Assembly (NCBI GenBank): GCA_951406725.2
Contig: OX597838.1
Coordinates: forward strand, 11,160,001 to 11,224,000
Length of the DNA stretch: 64,000 nt
Source of the DNA: Octopus vulgaris
Taxonomy: Eukaryota
Direction: 5' to 3'
A program made the position numbers and the translations under genes. How positions within the stretch are numbered: position 1 is the first letter of the stretch; each line of letters opens with the position of its first letter. Below are positions 12,958 through 25,859 of this stretch, in pieces. Under the pieces are notes generated by a model, which was not told the DNA's origin, did no database searches, and was given only the letters and a program-made list of their open reading frames with translations.

Positions 12958-13168
12958 TTTTTACCTTTCATCTACTGCTTCAGTCGTTAGACTCTGACCA
13001 TGCTGGGGCATCATCTTGAAGAATCACTCTCAGTATTTTCTTTTTTAAGATTGGTACTTATTCTATCAGTCTCCTTTGCTAGACCACAAGGTTATGAGGA
13101 TGTAAACAAACCAACACCAGTTGTCAAGTGGTGGTGGTGGTGGTGGTGGAGCACAAACACAGGCACAC

Positions 13169-13224
<56 letters not shown>

Positions 13225-13565
13225 ATGAGCTTCTTTCAGTTTCCATCAATGAAATCCACTCACAAGGCTTTGGTTGGTCCAAAGCTATAGTAGAAGAAAA
13301 CTTACCAAAGGTGCCATGCAGTGGGACTGAACCCGAAACCATGGCTGGGAAGCAAGCTTCTTACCACACAGCCGCACCTGTACCTATACATACATGTGTG
13401 TGTGTGTGTGTGTGTGTATACAATAGACTTCTTTTAGCTTCCTTCTGTGAAATCCACTCACAAGGTCAGGGGATATAGTAGAAGACACTTGCCCAAGGTG
13501 CCAAGTAGTGGGAATGAACCTGGAACCATGTGGTTGGGAAAGCAAACTTCTTACCACACAGCCAG
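12958..13565 (-). mobile_element. Decayed CORE-type SINE plus an extra SINE head
   Basis: Reverse-complement match to 8092-8500 (12958-13379) and a second head (13430-13565). Confidence 0.8.
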
Positions 13566-14203
13566 GTTTGTGAATAGGGAAAACAGATTTGATATGCACA
13601 TCTTCAGTTCACACTTAATCCCCAGTTTTATTACTTGCGAAATCCTCTCATGGATTTAACAGCGGCAGGATATATCATGCAGGCTTTTAATTCACTGATG
13701 AAGCAGCTGGATACAAGAAATACGTTGAATGGGGACAGTGTCTCGGGGACACAAAGATTGATTCTTAAGATTGCAAGTCTGACAGAGTTCAGACTTGATT
13801 GAAAAGAGACAAGAACAAAAGAATAAACAAAAAAAAAAAATAAAAAGTAAAAAATCATAAAAGTTGTTACTAATATGATAAGCAAACTAGGAGATAAGAT
13901 GGAGATAATTTTATATCCCAAAAATTCTGATAAATATTCACCTCATGAGGTATGACTAATCTGGCTTAACCAGCAAAGCTAGATAAATTGAAATGGATAT
14001 GACTCCCACTACTATTACTACTGCTACTACTAATACTACTGTAGATGCTGACTTGAGAAACAGATTCAAGCTGGGATTAAACCTGCCTCTTTTGCTAGAT
14101 CTTATTGATTAGGTTATGCTGACATTCCAGACTGAATATATCCAAAAGTTATTTAGTATTTAAAAAAAAACTGTTCTTATAGAAGCAAGATTGGAGGAGC
14201 CCC

Positions 14204-14234
<31 letters not shown>

Positions 14235-14390
14235 GCACAGGCATGGCTGTGTGGTAAGGAGTTTGCTTCCGAATCACACAGTTCTGGGTTCAGTCCCACT
14301 TCATGGCACCTTGGACAAGTGTCTTTTGCTATAGCCCAAGCCCACCAAAGCCTTTCCGAGTGGATTTGGTAGACAGAAAGAAGCTTGTCA
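14235..14390 (+). mobile_element. CORE-type SINE 5' half
   Basis: GCACAGGCATGGCTGTGTGGTAAG...GGTTCAGTCCCAC...ACCTTGGACAAGT. Confidence 0.8.
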
Positions 14391-15689
14391 TATACAAAAG
14401 ATTCATATATGAAAGAATCTTATAATTATATATATATATAAAGTAAAACAGGAAATTGAAATATTTTTGGTATTATCTATTCACCATTACATGTGTTCCA
14501 TTTGCTAATATGAATTACAAAGTTTTACATGTAGACAAACATGGAAGAAATTTCCAATTAGGAATACAGCAGCACCTCAGACTACATACTGGATTGTAAT
14601 AATGAAATAAGCCGATGTGCTTCAAAGGAAACAGAAGTCAATAAAATAAAGTACCACTCAAGTACTAGAGTTGATTTAATCAACTAACACCTTCAATGGC
14701 CTTGTGCCTGAATCAGAAACCATCACTACCACCATCTCCAACATTGTCCTTTTTGTTGAAGCCTACCATGACCAGATTTGCTTCCACCTGCTTCTCTGAG
14801 AATCTGGGTTTTTTTTTTTTTTTACCCAAGTACAACTGAAAGAAAAAATATTTCTTTTTGAATAATTTACAACAGGGAAGGCCTACCTCAAAACACTGAA
14901 CCTTATCAAGGAGATGACAGAGGACCAAGGTGTGTGGTGCACTGAGATCCTAAAACCAAGGTGCCATGTAAAAAGCACTGGTGCAGGGTGGCACATAAAA
15001 AGCACCCTGTGAAGTGGTTGGTGTTAGGAAGGGCATCCAGCCATAGAAATCAAGCCAAAACAGACTATGGAACCTGATGAGGCCCCTGGCCTTGCCAGTT
15101 CCTATCAAGCCATCTGACCCATGCCATGTTGAGTATGATGGAACTTTGAGGAATGAGTTGGATGTCCTCCAAATGATTGATAGATTGGTACAGTCAGTAC
15201 ATGACTCCAAGTCATGTTTCATATAAAGACTGGGAAAGAGGTAGATGATATGGAATAGTGAGAAATAGGACAGGTGTGCATAATAATTAGTTTCCGTGTG
15301 AAAAGTGTGAACGGAAGCGCATTACTGGAGATATTCTTGTAGTTATGATCAAAGAGGCTGAATGAAAATATTGTACAATAGGAACAAGTATGACCATGTA
15401 AGATGTTTGGTTTACAACTATGCAGTTGTAACTTTCAATGTTCTTGTAAGTCACCTTTGGTAGGTGTATTGTACCTCAAGTGAAACAATACCTGTGTAGG
15501 GGAAGGAGTGGCTAGACAAAAAAAAAAGTAAAAACTGTGCAAAAGCCTCTCTCTCCCTCTATCTCTGTGTCTCTGACTTACACAAGCATTGTTGAGTGAT
15601 TAGCAAGCTTACTTCCCAATCATGTGGTTTTGAGGTTCAGTTCCCACTACATGGCACCTTAAGCGGATATCTTCCACCAAGGGCAGCAA

Positions 15690-16012
15690 TGGAAAAAAAA
15701 GAAAAAAAGGAGAAAAGGGAACTGGAAGAAAAAGGTAGAGAGAGAGGAAGAAATAGAGGAATCAGAAAACGTAGAGCAAGGAGAGGAGGAGGAGGAGGGT
15801 GGGGAGGATGTAGAGGAAGGGAAGTAAAAAGGAATAAGAAGGGAAGAAAAGGAGGAAGAAAATGAGAAGTGGAAGAGGGAGAAGAGGAAGGGAGGAAGAT
15901 AGGTAGAAAAAGAGATGAGGAGGAAGAACACGAAGAAGAGGAAGAGAAAGAGGCAGAAGAGAAAGAGGCAGAAGTGGAAGAGGGTAGAAGAGGTAGCAGA
16001 GAAGGAAGAGAA
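15690..16012. repeat. Polypurine low-complexity tract
   Basis: Direct: GA-rich. Confidence 0.9.
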
Positions 16013-17589
16013 GTTAACAAATGTGAGAACATTTACTTCACATATGAAAAACCACACGATGAAAAGATATCAAAGAGTCTCTTTCAGAAATAACTTCTGA
16101 TAGACTTAAACGTACTTAGATATATTTGAAAGACAACAACAAAAAAAAACATGCTAAAGAGATACAAAAAAAAAACAAAAACACGAGACAAAATAAAACC
16201 ATAAGCAAGAAATATAGGACAGACATGTTATTGGTGGTGTTAATATTTCTTTAGATCTTTCTAATCTTTATATCTTTGCCAAAACAAATGATGAATGAAA
16301 TGAATTTTATTTTATTTTCAGTTGAAAGTTGTCTTAATAAAATGTCACATTCTGTTCGGTTGTTATCCAAAAGAAGAGGAAACGCAACATTTTCATCAAG
16401 AAAGCAGAAGACAATGGAACAAGGAAATTTTTTTTATTTTTCTTTAGATTATTATGATCGCATGAAAGAATATCAACTAATAAATAACTAGGCGGCACTA
16501 ACATTTTGCAGTTTTAGTTCAATATATAGATATCATTATTTTATTTTTATTTTATTTATTTATTTTTTTTTTTTTTTGTGCTTTCTTAAGTCTGAAAAGA
16601 AACCAAAATATCTGAAATTTTATTGAAAAGGACAGTTTGAAATTTTAGAATTTCAGTTCAAAAGCTTGAAAGTTCAAATCCAGCCACTGGCATCATATCA
16701 GTACATTAAACTAAGGAACCGTATTCTCATTCATTGCATTGAATTAACCAAAAACAGAAAAAAAGAAGCTTCAACCATCTGTTACTCAGTTTAATATTGC
16801 CAACTTAGCCTTTAAAATTCTACTTGGTTGTTGCATGTACTCAGGTCAAGTCACCTGTCTAAAGGTAACTAAATATCCTAAAGCACAGGTGTGTGTGCAC
16901 AATACATGTTCCATACTCTCCTCCATGAGTCTTAGGCACTCTAAAATGGTCACGATTACAGCCCACCATACTTTGATGATTATGCTGCAAAAAGTTCTTT
17001 TTTTTTTAATTTTAAGGCCACTCTTTCCAGCTTTATTCATTATTCCCACCCACATATAATGTGAGCAGCCATGTATCTTCTCTACAGCAAGAAACCTGTT
17101 TCAACCCCTTCAGACTTTAACTTTTCATCAGCAAGCATGAAGTAACCGCCCTCTCCATTGTATCCCATTCAACTGAAGGGATTTTAGTCTTGTGAATTAC
17201 ATGGCTACCTCACTAGTGCTGGTGCCATGAAAAAAAAAAAACAGCATCTAGTACATTCTGTAAGTGGTTGACATTAAGAATGGCTCCAACCATAGAAACT
17301 ATGCCAAAGCAGATGTTAGAGTACAACATAGTCATCTGACCCCCTGGAAATGTCAATTCACTGAACTGACCCCAACATGGAAGATAGATGTTAGAATAAA
17401 AAAAAAGGACCTTTTTTTATATTTACTGCATTAACTCTTTTGACACTAGCCGATCTGAACTTATCTCTGATTCTGTGATCCAAAAGTATACATTCTAAAT
17501 GATTATATCTTAATTAAAAACATCCAGCACAACCTGATGTAAGAATATTTTCTTAAAATACATTCCAAATGTCAGTTTAATAACGAATG

Positions 17590-17975
17590 TGGAGGCGCAA
17601 TGGCCCAGTGGTTAGGGCAGCGGACTCACGGTCATAGGATCGCGGTTTCGATACCCACACCGGGCTTTGTGAGTGTTTATTGAGCGAAAACACCTAAAAG
17701 CTCCACAAGGCTCCGGCAGGGGATGGTGGTGATCCCTGCTGTACTCTTTCACCACAACTTTCTCTCACTCTTACTTCCTGTTTCTGTTGTACCTGTATTT
17801 CAAAAGGGCCGGCCTTGTCACTCTCTGTGTCACGCTGAATATCCCTGAGAACTACGTTAAGGGTACACGTGTCTGTGGAGTACTCAGCCACTTACACATT
17901 AATTTCATGAGCAGGCTGTTCCGTTGATTCGGATCAACCGGAACCCTCGTCGTCGTAACCGACGGAGTGCTTCCA
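17590..17975 (+). mobile_element. Full-length tRNA-derived SINE of a third family
   Basis: A-box TGGCCCAGTGG, B-box-like GGTTTCGATACCC, CpG-rich; TSD taataacgaatg (17578-17589) / taataacaaatg (17976-17987). Confidence 0.85.
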
Positions 17976-18397
17976 TAATAACAAATGAAAGAGTTCGTTA
18001 TTTTACTAAATTGCTCCATATTCTTGATTCTTTTCAAAATTTATTGAAACAAATAGGAAATGTATTTTACAGAAATAATTAGTGAAAGGAATTCATTATA
18101 TTTTCAGAAAATGTGTTCATAAAAGAGAAGGAAATTCAACATTTTCCTTGAGAATTAAAAGACAATGGACAAAGAAATTTTTTAGTTTTCTTTCTATTGC
18201 ATGAAAGAATAGAAACAAATAATAACCAGTCGGCAATAACAATTTACAGTTTTAGTTCAATATCTTTTGGTCTTTATTAACCCTTAAGTGTGATATTAAA
18301 TTTCAAAACACACTTGTGCCAGTGCTTCATAGATGCACCCATGCCAGTGGCATGTAAAAGGGACCCAGCACATTCTGTAGTTGGTATTAGTAGTTGG

Positions 18398-18822
18398 TAA
18401 GGCGGTGAGCTTGCAGAATCATTAGCTCACTGAACCAGATGCTTAGCGGTATTTCGTCTGCGGCTACGTTCTGAGTTCAAATTCCGCCGAGGTCGACTTT
18501 GCCATTCATCCTTTCGGGGTCGATTAAATAAGTACCCGTTATGCACTAGGGTCGATCTAATCGACTCAATCCATTTGTCTGTCCTTGTTTGTCCCCTCTG
18601 TGTTTAGCCCCTTGTGGGTAATAAAGAAATAGGTATTTTGTCTGCGGCTACGTTCTGAGTTCCAATTCCGCCGAGGTCGACTTTGCTTTTCATCCTTTCG
18701 GGGTTGATTAAATAAGTACCCGTTATGCACTGGGGTCGATGTAATCGACTCAATCCATTTGTCTGTCCTTGTTTGTCCCCTCTGTGTTTAGCCCCTTGTG
18801 GGTAGTAATGAAATAGGTATTA
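18398..18822 (+). mobile_element. Meta-like SINE dimer inserted into an RTE-derived element
   Basis: Head plus two body/tail units; host element halves lie at 18330-18397 and 18830-18970. Confidence 0.8.
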
Positions 18823-19275
18823 CGAAGGTATATAAAGTGGTTGGTGTTAGGAAGGGTATCAAGCCATAGAAACCATGCCAAAACAGACAACTGGAGTCTG
18901 GACCAACTCCTGTCAAACCGTCCAACCCATGCCAGCATGGAAAGCAGCCGGTAAACAATGATGATGATGGTTATTCCAGTAATTATATTAAATATCAACC
19001 AAATAAATAGAATAGGTATTTTCTGCAAGTCATGTTGCCTCAATAAACTTGACATGTTCCAACAGAAAATAGTTTCAAACATGAAATTCCTGAACAAAAG
19101 ATAGATTGGTGTATAAAACTGATTTCTTCAGTTAAGAGTGATGAAATTTCAAGAGGATACAACTGATTTATGCAGTGAAAAGGTTTGAAAGAAATATATT
19201 TGCTCAAATGTAATAACAAAATGGTTATTCTATAACATTATTATCTCTTAAATCAAAAATCCTTAAAAAGTGCTC

Positions 19276-19450
19276 ATCATCATCATCACCGTCATTTAAT
19301 GTCCATTGTCCATGATGGCATGGATTGGATGGTTTGACCAGACCTGGTAAACTGGGGAGCTGCACCAGACTCCAGTCTGATTTGGCATGGCTTCTACGGT
19401 TGGATGCCCTTCCTCATGCCAACCACTTTACAGAATGTGCTGGATGCTTT
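19276..19450 (-). mobile_element. RTE-derived non-autonomous retroposon running into a minisatellite
   Basis: (cat)n tail and ggatgcccttcct motif. Confidence 0.75.
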
Positions 19451-19490
19451 TACATGGCACCACAGGGACACTCTCACATGGCTCCACACA

Positions 19491-20104
19491 GGCACTTTTA
19501 CATGGTGTCACATGGGCACTTTTACATGATACTGCACAGGCACTTTTACATGACACTGCACAGGCACTTTTACATGACACTGCACGGGCACTTTTACATG
19601 ACACTGCACAGGCACTTTTACATGACACTGCACAGGCACTTTTACATGACACCGCACGGGCACTTTTACATGACACTGCATGGGCACTTTTACATGACAC
19701 TGCACAGGCACTTTTACATGACACTGCATGGGCACTTTTACATGACACTGCATGGGCACTTTTACATGACACTGCACAGGCACTTTTACATGACACTGCA
19801 CAGGCACTTTTACATGACACTGCACAGGCACTTTTACATGACACTGCACGGGCACTTTTACATGACACTGTATGGGCACTTTTACATGACACTGCACAGG
19901 CACTTTTACATGACACTGCACAGGCACTTTTACATGACACTGCACGGGCACTTTTACATGACACTGCATGGGCACTTTTACATGACACTGCACAGACACT
20001 TTTACATGACACTGCATGGGCACTTTTACATGACACTGCACAGGCACTTTTACATAACACTGCACAGGCACTTTTACATGACACTGCATGGGCACTTTTA
20101 CATG
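19491..20104. repeat. 24-bp minisatellite, about 26 units
   Basis: Unit GGCACTTTTACATGACACTGCACA; exact 24-bp register from 19491 to 20091. Confidence 0.97.
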
Positions 20105-20970
20105 GATCTAAATATTCTGTGAATCATCATAATATCAAAGGTTAGGTGCAAGGCCATTTTTAGATACTCATCAGCCTTAGTGCTGTACCAAACAAGGTGT
20201 CCAAGATCCGATTGAAAAATTAAAATCATTATCAGTCATGGGGCTATGTGTTACCTGGGCCCCAGTGCTACTGCCTTGATCTGGCACTGTTTGGCTGAAA
20301 TAACCACAAACAAACTAAAATTCAATACAACTAGGCATCAATATCCTCAAAGACATGAATGGATAAAATAGATTCCACAAAGGATTCCATTCTGATGGCC
20401 TACCATTTCCACCAATTTATTGTCCCAGATTAACCCTTTAGATACCAGACTTTTTGAGACTGCCTCTGATTCTACAACACAAACTTTTAAACCCCAGCTT
20501 AATAATGACAAAAGTTATTTTACCAAATTCTTCATTATTTTCAAAATTAATTGCAACAAGGGTTTTTTTTTTTAAAAACCCATCTCCAAAAAGATGAAAG
20601 ATGGATTTGACCACAGAAGGGACAAGAGAGCACAAAAGTTCAAAATGCCAAACCAAGTAATGTGATACAGTTTTCTAACGAATGCTCTAATTGCCTTTGC
20701 CAGTTCACCATCTTCGTTATTTGTACTCCCTAGTTACAAGTTGATTGAATCACAAGCAATCAATGAATCAATTAAGTAATTCCGACCCCCCCCCACCTCT
20801 TTCCCTAATTACAAATTCACTGAACCACAAGAAGCGCAAGCAGTGAATGACTCAAATAACTACATCTGATGTTTTGCCACAGATTATAGACCCTTTTGTA
20901 GTCAATTGAATTTATTGTCTACAATCAGCACTAAACTGTTGATCATTCAAAATTGTATTGAAGCTGTTCT

Positions 20971-21890
20971 GGTAACAGAAGACATTAAACAAACCCTTTT
21001 ACTCTTTTATTCTTTTACTTGTTTCAGTCATTTTACTGCGGCCATGCTGGAGCACCACCTTTTAATCGAGCAACTCAACCCCGGGACTTTTGTAAGCCCA
21101 GTACTTATTCTATCGGTTTCTTTTGCCGAACCGCTAAGTGACGGGGACATAAACACACCAGCATCGGTTGTCAAGCAATGCTAGGGTGAAGATCACACTC
21201 ACACAAACACACACACGTATATATATATATACATATATACGACGGGCTTCTTTCAGTTTCCGTTTACCAAATCCACTCACAAGGCTTTGGTCGGCCCGAG
21301 GCTATAGTAGAAGACACTTGCCCAAGGGGCCACGCAGTGGGACTGAACCCGGAACCATGTGGTTGGTAAACAAGCTACTTACCACACAGCCACTCCTGCG
21401 CCATTTATTTCCTATTTAAAAAACGAAAAAAAATCTGTCCATATAGATGCAGGCAACAGAAGATATTAAACAAACCCTTTTACTCTTTTATTCTTTTACT
21501 TGTTTCAGTCAATTGACTGCGGCCATGCTGGAGCACCACCTTTAGTCGAGCAAATCGACCCCGGGACTTATTCTTTGTAAGCCCAGTACTTATTCTATTG
21601 GTTTCTTTTGCCGAACCGCTAAGTGACGGGGACGTAAACACACCAGCATCGGTTGTCAAGCAATGCTAGGGGGACAAACACAGACACACATACATATACA
21701 CACACACTTATATATATATACATATATACGACAGGCTTCTTTCAGTTTCCGTCTACCAAATCCACTCACAAGGCTTTGGTCGGCCCGAGGCTATAGTAGA
21801 AGACACTTGCCCAAGGTGCCACGCAGTGGGATTGAACCCGGAACCATGTGGGTGGTTAGCAAGCTACTTACCACACAGCCACTCCCGCAC
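20971..21890 (-). mobile_element. Two tandem CORE-type SINEs with a shared unique flank
   Basis: Copies at 21000-21402 and 21481-21890, each preceded by ggyaacagaagayattaaacaaaccctttt. Confidence 0.9.
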
Positions 21891-22612
21891 CTGTTTGTTG
21901 ATAAGAACAGGCAAATGCACAGCAAACTGCAGATCTGTGCTTATCAGATTAGGCATGTGAATATATAAATATTTAGACGCATAAATATTTAGACGTATAG
22001 ATATTTAGGCATATATGTTACACATTTTATTTTTGGTCACTTTTTTCCTGCAGATGCCTGTTTTTAGGTACATCAGAGCATCTTTGCTAACAAACTGAGA
22101 TAAGTATGGCGCCATACTGAGGTATCTAGGTGTGATTGTGATCATATCTCGATTCAGGTGTGTACGTGTAAACGTTATCAATTCAACAACACAACTTAAG
22201 TATTCTAAAACATACAGGTACCAATGTATATCTGACAGGAAATATGTGTGCTTGTCTACCTGCATGCAACCATGCACGTCTGTTTGCATGTGTATGCAGG
22301 CACCTGTATGAAAATATTTAGAAGCACATATTTAGAAATATTTTTTTCGATTTTTGCATTTCTGTGCAAAAAAGTGTACACACACATAATTTTAACTGGT
22401 GAGGTGTAGACGCACAAATGTTTATGTTTTTTTTAAAATTGAAATATCAATGTAGTCAGTGTTTTGTGAATGCCTAAACATACTTATTACATGCATACAT
22501 TATATATATATATATAAATTAAAATAAAAAAAGGCGGGCAATTTAAACTGGTTGCGTGCATACATGCATATATATATGTATGCATACGTTCGTATATGTA
22601 AGTATTCATATG

Positions 22613-22654
<42 letters not shown>

Positions 22655-22675
22655 ATTTATGTACTTTCAGCGTAT

Positions 22676-22733
22676 ATTCCACTGATGAGGCAAAGCATTT
22701 CTTATGCAGAGTCAGAAATCCGTGATCTGGAAT
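22676..22733 (+). ncRNA. Type I hammerhead ribozyme motif (Penelope-type)
   Basis: Stem I ATTCCA/TGGAAT, core CTGATGA, stem II GGC..GCAT/ATGC..GTC, (A)GAAA, stem III ATC/GAT, cleavage triplet ATC. Confidence 0.65.
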
Positions 22734-22959
22734 TATCCAGTAATTTTTTGCTAGTTTATTTTTTTCTTTTTGCCTTCTCTCCCGGTGCTGTATGAACATT
22801 TAATGTGGTTTTAGAGTCAAGTTTTGGCTGCTATTTCCAGCATGGTGGTATCTCTTAGATATCCTAAATTATAATTTTAATAATAATTATTACTTTTGAA
22901 GGTTTTTATTCCCATGCTGGTCACCTGATAAGATTGGTATTTAAATATCGATCTTATCC

Positions 22960-23058
<99 letters not shown>

Positions 23059-23164
23059 TTTGTGTATCTTAATTTTGAAAAATAAAATAAGTATAAAAAA
23101 ACACATTATTTATAGGATGACCCAGTATGTATATATATATATATGCGTGTATATATATACATAC

Positions 23165-23213
<49 letters not shown>

Positions 23214-23983
23214 TATGCATTCATGAGCACACAATCATACTTGCATGTGCAAAGATATATGCATTTGCATGTGTATTCACACACTCTGGCAAACAAACAT
23301 GCACACACACACACGTGCACACAAATGTAAAACATGCATATGCTTGCATGACAACTCACTCATGCATGGACATGTAAACATATGTAAGCCTGCACGTGTA
23401 AATGTACACAGTGATGATTGCGTATGAAAACACATTTGCATTTGTAAACAGACTTCATATATAATAGATGCGTAAATAAACACACATTTGCATGAATAAA
23501 CATACGCACGTTTGTATTTATAGACATGCTTATATCAATAACAGATGCACGTTTGAGAGTGTAAACACAAACACACTTATAAATGTAAATGCATACACAC
23601 ATTTGCAGGTGTAAACACACATATGCTGGCATGTGTTAACATACATATACACACACACACCATCATGAGTGAATATATATACATACACACTGACACAAGT
23701 AAATATATACATTTGCAGATGTAAATGTACATACAAACACACACACACACACACTTGCACCTGTAAACACCCACACATACTATCATGTATGAACATACAC
23801 ACTTTAAGATGTAAATATACATATATGCATACTTACGTCTGCAAACATACATGCATGCCTATATGAATTTACGCACGCCATCTGTGCGTGTAAAAACACA
23901 TATAGCACTTCTATGTGTTGACGTAACGATATTCGACTCCAGAATAGAAATGAAAACATCAACAAAATATAAAACAATTGGAG

Positions 23984-24430
23984 GAAGAAGAAGAAGAAGA
24001 AGAAGAAGAAGAAGAAGAAGAAGAAGAAGAAGAAGAAGAAGAAGAAGAAGAAGAAGAAGAAGAAGAAGAAGAAGAAGAAGAAGAAGAAGAAGAAGAAGAA
24101 GAAGAAGAAGAACAGAAGAAGAAGAAGAAGAAGAAGAAGAAGAAGAGGAGGAGGAGAAGAGGAAGAAAAAGAAAAGAGAAGAAGAAGAAGAAAAAGAAAA
24201 GAGAAGAAGAAGAAAAAAGAAGAAGAAGAAAAGAGAAGAAGAAGAAAAACAAAAAGAGAAGAGGAAGAGAAAAAGAAAAAGAAAAAGAGAAGAGGAAGAG
24301 AAGAAAAAGAAAAAGAGAAGAGAAGAAAAAGAAAAAAAGAGAAGAAAAAGAAAAAGAAGAAGAGGAAGAGGAGAAGAAGAAGAAGAAGAAAAAGAGAAGA
24401 GGAGGAGAAGATGATGATGATGATGATGAT
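23984..24430. repeat. (GAA)n microsatellite and polypurine tract
   Basis: Direct. Confidence 0.97.
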
Positions 24431-25089
24431 CAATTCTTAACGGTTATCTTCCGTCATCGCTATCACCATTTTTGTCATCGTTATCATTTAAGAGCAAAAT
24501 TGCAGTTTTGTTTACCAACGAAAACAAAACATTTTTCAACAACACATTGTTGCATCGCAAATCTATTTATAAACTATCATGGCATAATCATATATATACG
24601 TTGATGACAGTCCAAAGAAGAACGTGTGTATGTGTGAATATGTATACATATATAGAACACACACATACACACACACACATAAATAGAGAGACAGACGGAT
24701 TCTTAATTCTCTTTGGCTGCGACAGATTTAGTTTCACTTTCAAATTCACATTTCATTTTATTGAAACAAATTAATGAAAATAAAATAAAAAGTGGTCAAA
24801 ACTGACCACCATTTGCTAGTTGTAGCAGTAGTAGCAACAGCCACAACTGCTGTAGTTCTTATTGTTTGCCAAGCAGGCCAATGGTCAAAGATGTCCCAGC
24901 CAAGCCCATTCTTACTGTTTTCTGTCAACCGAAAATTAATTTATTCAAGCTGTCCTGCACCCGACCTTCTTTCTAAAGAAATTAGGATGCAATTTCAGGG
25001 AGATTTGGCTGCTGGATGCTATTCCTAGCAGATCAAATAACTATAAAAAGATTCCCTTTTGTTAATAGTGGTAGTAGTAACAATAATAA

Positions 25090-25474
25090 AAATCATTTCT
25101 ACTGTAGTCACAAGGCCTGGAATTTGGAGGGAGGGGGGTAAGTCGATCACAAATAATAATAATAATCCTTTCTACTAAAGGCACAGGGCCTGAAATTCTG
25201 GTAGAGAGGCAAATCAACCTCAGTGCATATCTGGTACTTATTTCATAGACCTCCAAAAGGAGGATAATAAATAATAATAATAATAATGATGAAGATGATC
25301 CATTCTACTATAGGCACAAGGCCTGAAATTTTGTAGGAGGACACTGTCAGTTACAAAGACTTCAGTGCTTAGTTGGTGCTTATTTTACTGACACCAAAAG
25401 CAAAGAAAGGCAAAGTAGACCTCAGTGGGATTTGAACCCAGAATGTAAAGACAGACGAAATACTGAATAATAAC

Positions 25475-25539
<65 letters not shown>

Positions 25540-25720
25540 TGATAATAATCATAATAATAATAATAATAAGAAGAAGAAGAATAACAACAACAATGGTTTC
25601 AAATTCTGGCACAAGGCCAGGAATTTCAGGGAAGAGCATAAGTTGATAACATCAACCCCAGTGCTCAACTGGTACTTATTTTACCAACTCTGAAAGGATG
25701 AAAGGCAAAGTCATCCTCAA
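25090..25720 (-). mobile_element. Cluster of truncated Meta-like SINE tails interleaved with (AAT)n
   Basis: Repeated ttctact..ggcacaaggcctgaaattt...ctggtacttatt motif. Confidence 0.7.
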
Positions 25721-25859
25721 CAAAATAATAATAATAGTGATGATGATGACGATTTCTTTATTAACCACAAGGGTTTACATTATGAACAGTACAGGACAAA
25801 ACAAAAAATGTGTGTGTGTATGTGAGTGTGTGTTGTTCTGAGGGTTTTGCATGTAAACA

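Noticed and set aside
17090-17135. Other CTGATGA...GAAA co-occurrences (also about 13697 and 34865-34890)
   Set aside because: Stems I and II cannot be formed, so they are not hammerheads.
17590-17670. tRNA gene
   Set aside because: A and B boxes are present, but the sequence continues as a ~385-bp element with a TSD and shows no proper acceptor stem, so it is a SINE head.
19325-20145. Repetitive ORFs (HFYMTLHR)n and a CRISPR-like look
   Set aside because: The 24-bp units are head-to-tail with no unique spacers and no cas genes; frames are open only because the unit lacks stops and is a multiple of 3.
23804-24604. Poly-Glu/Arg/Phe ORFs
   Set aside because: They come from the (GAA)n microsatellite.
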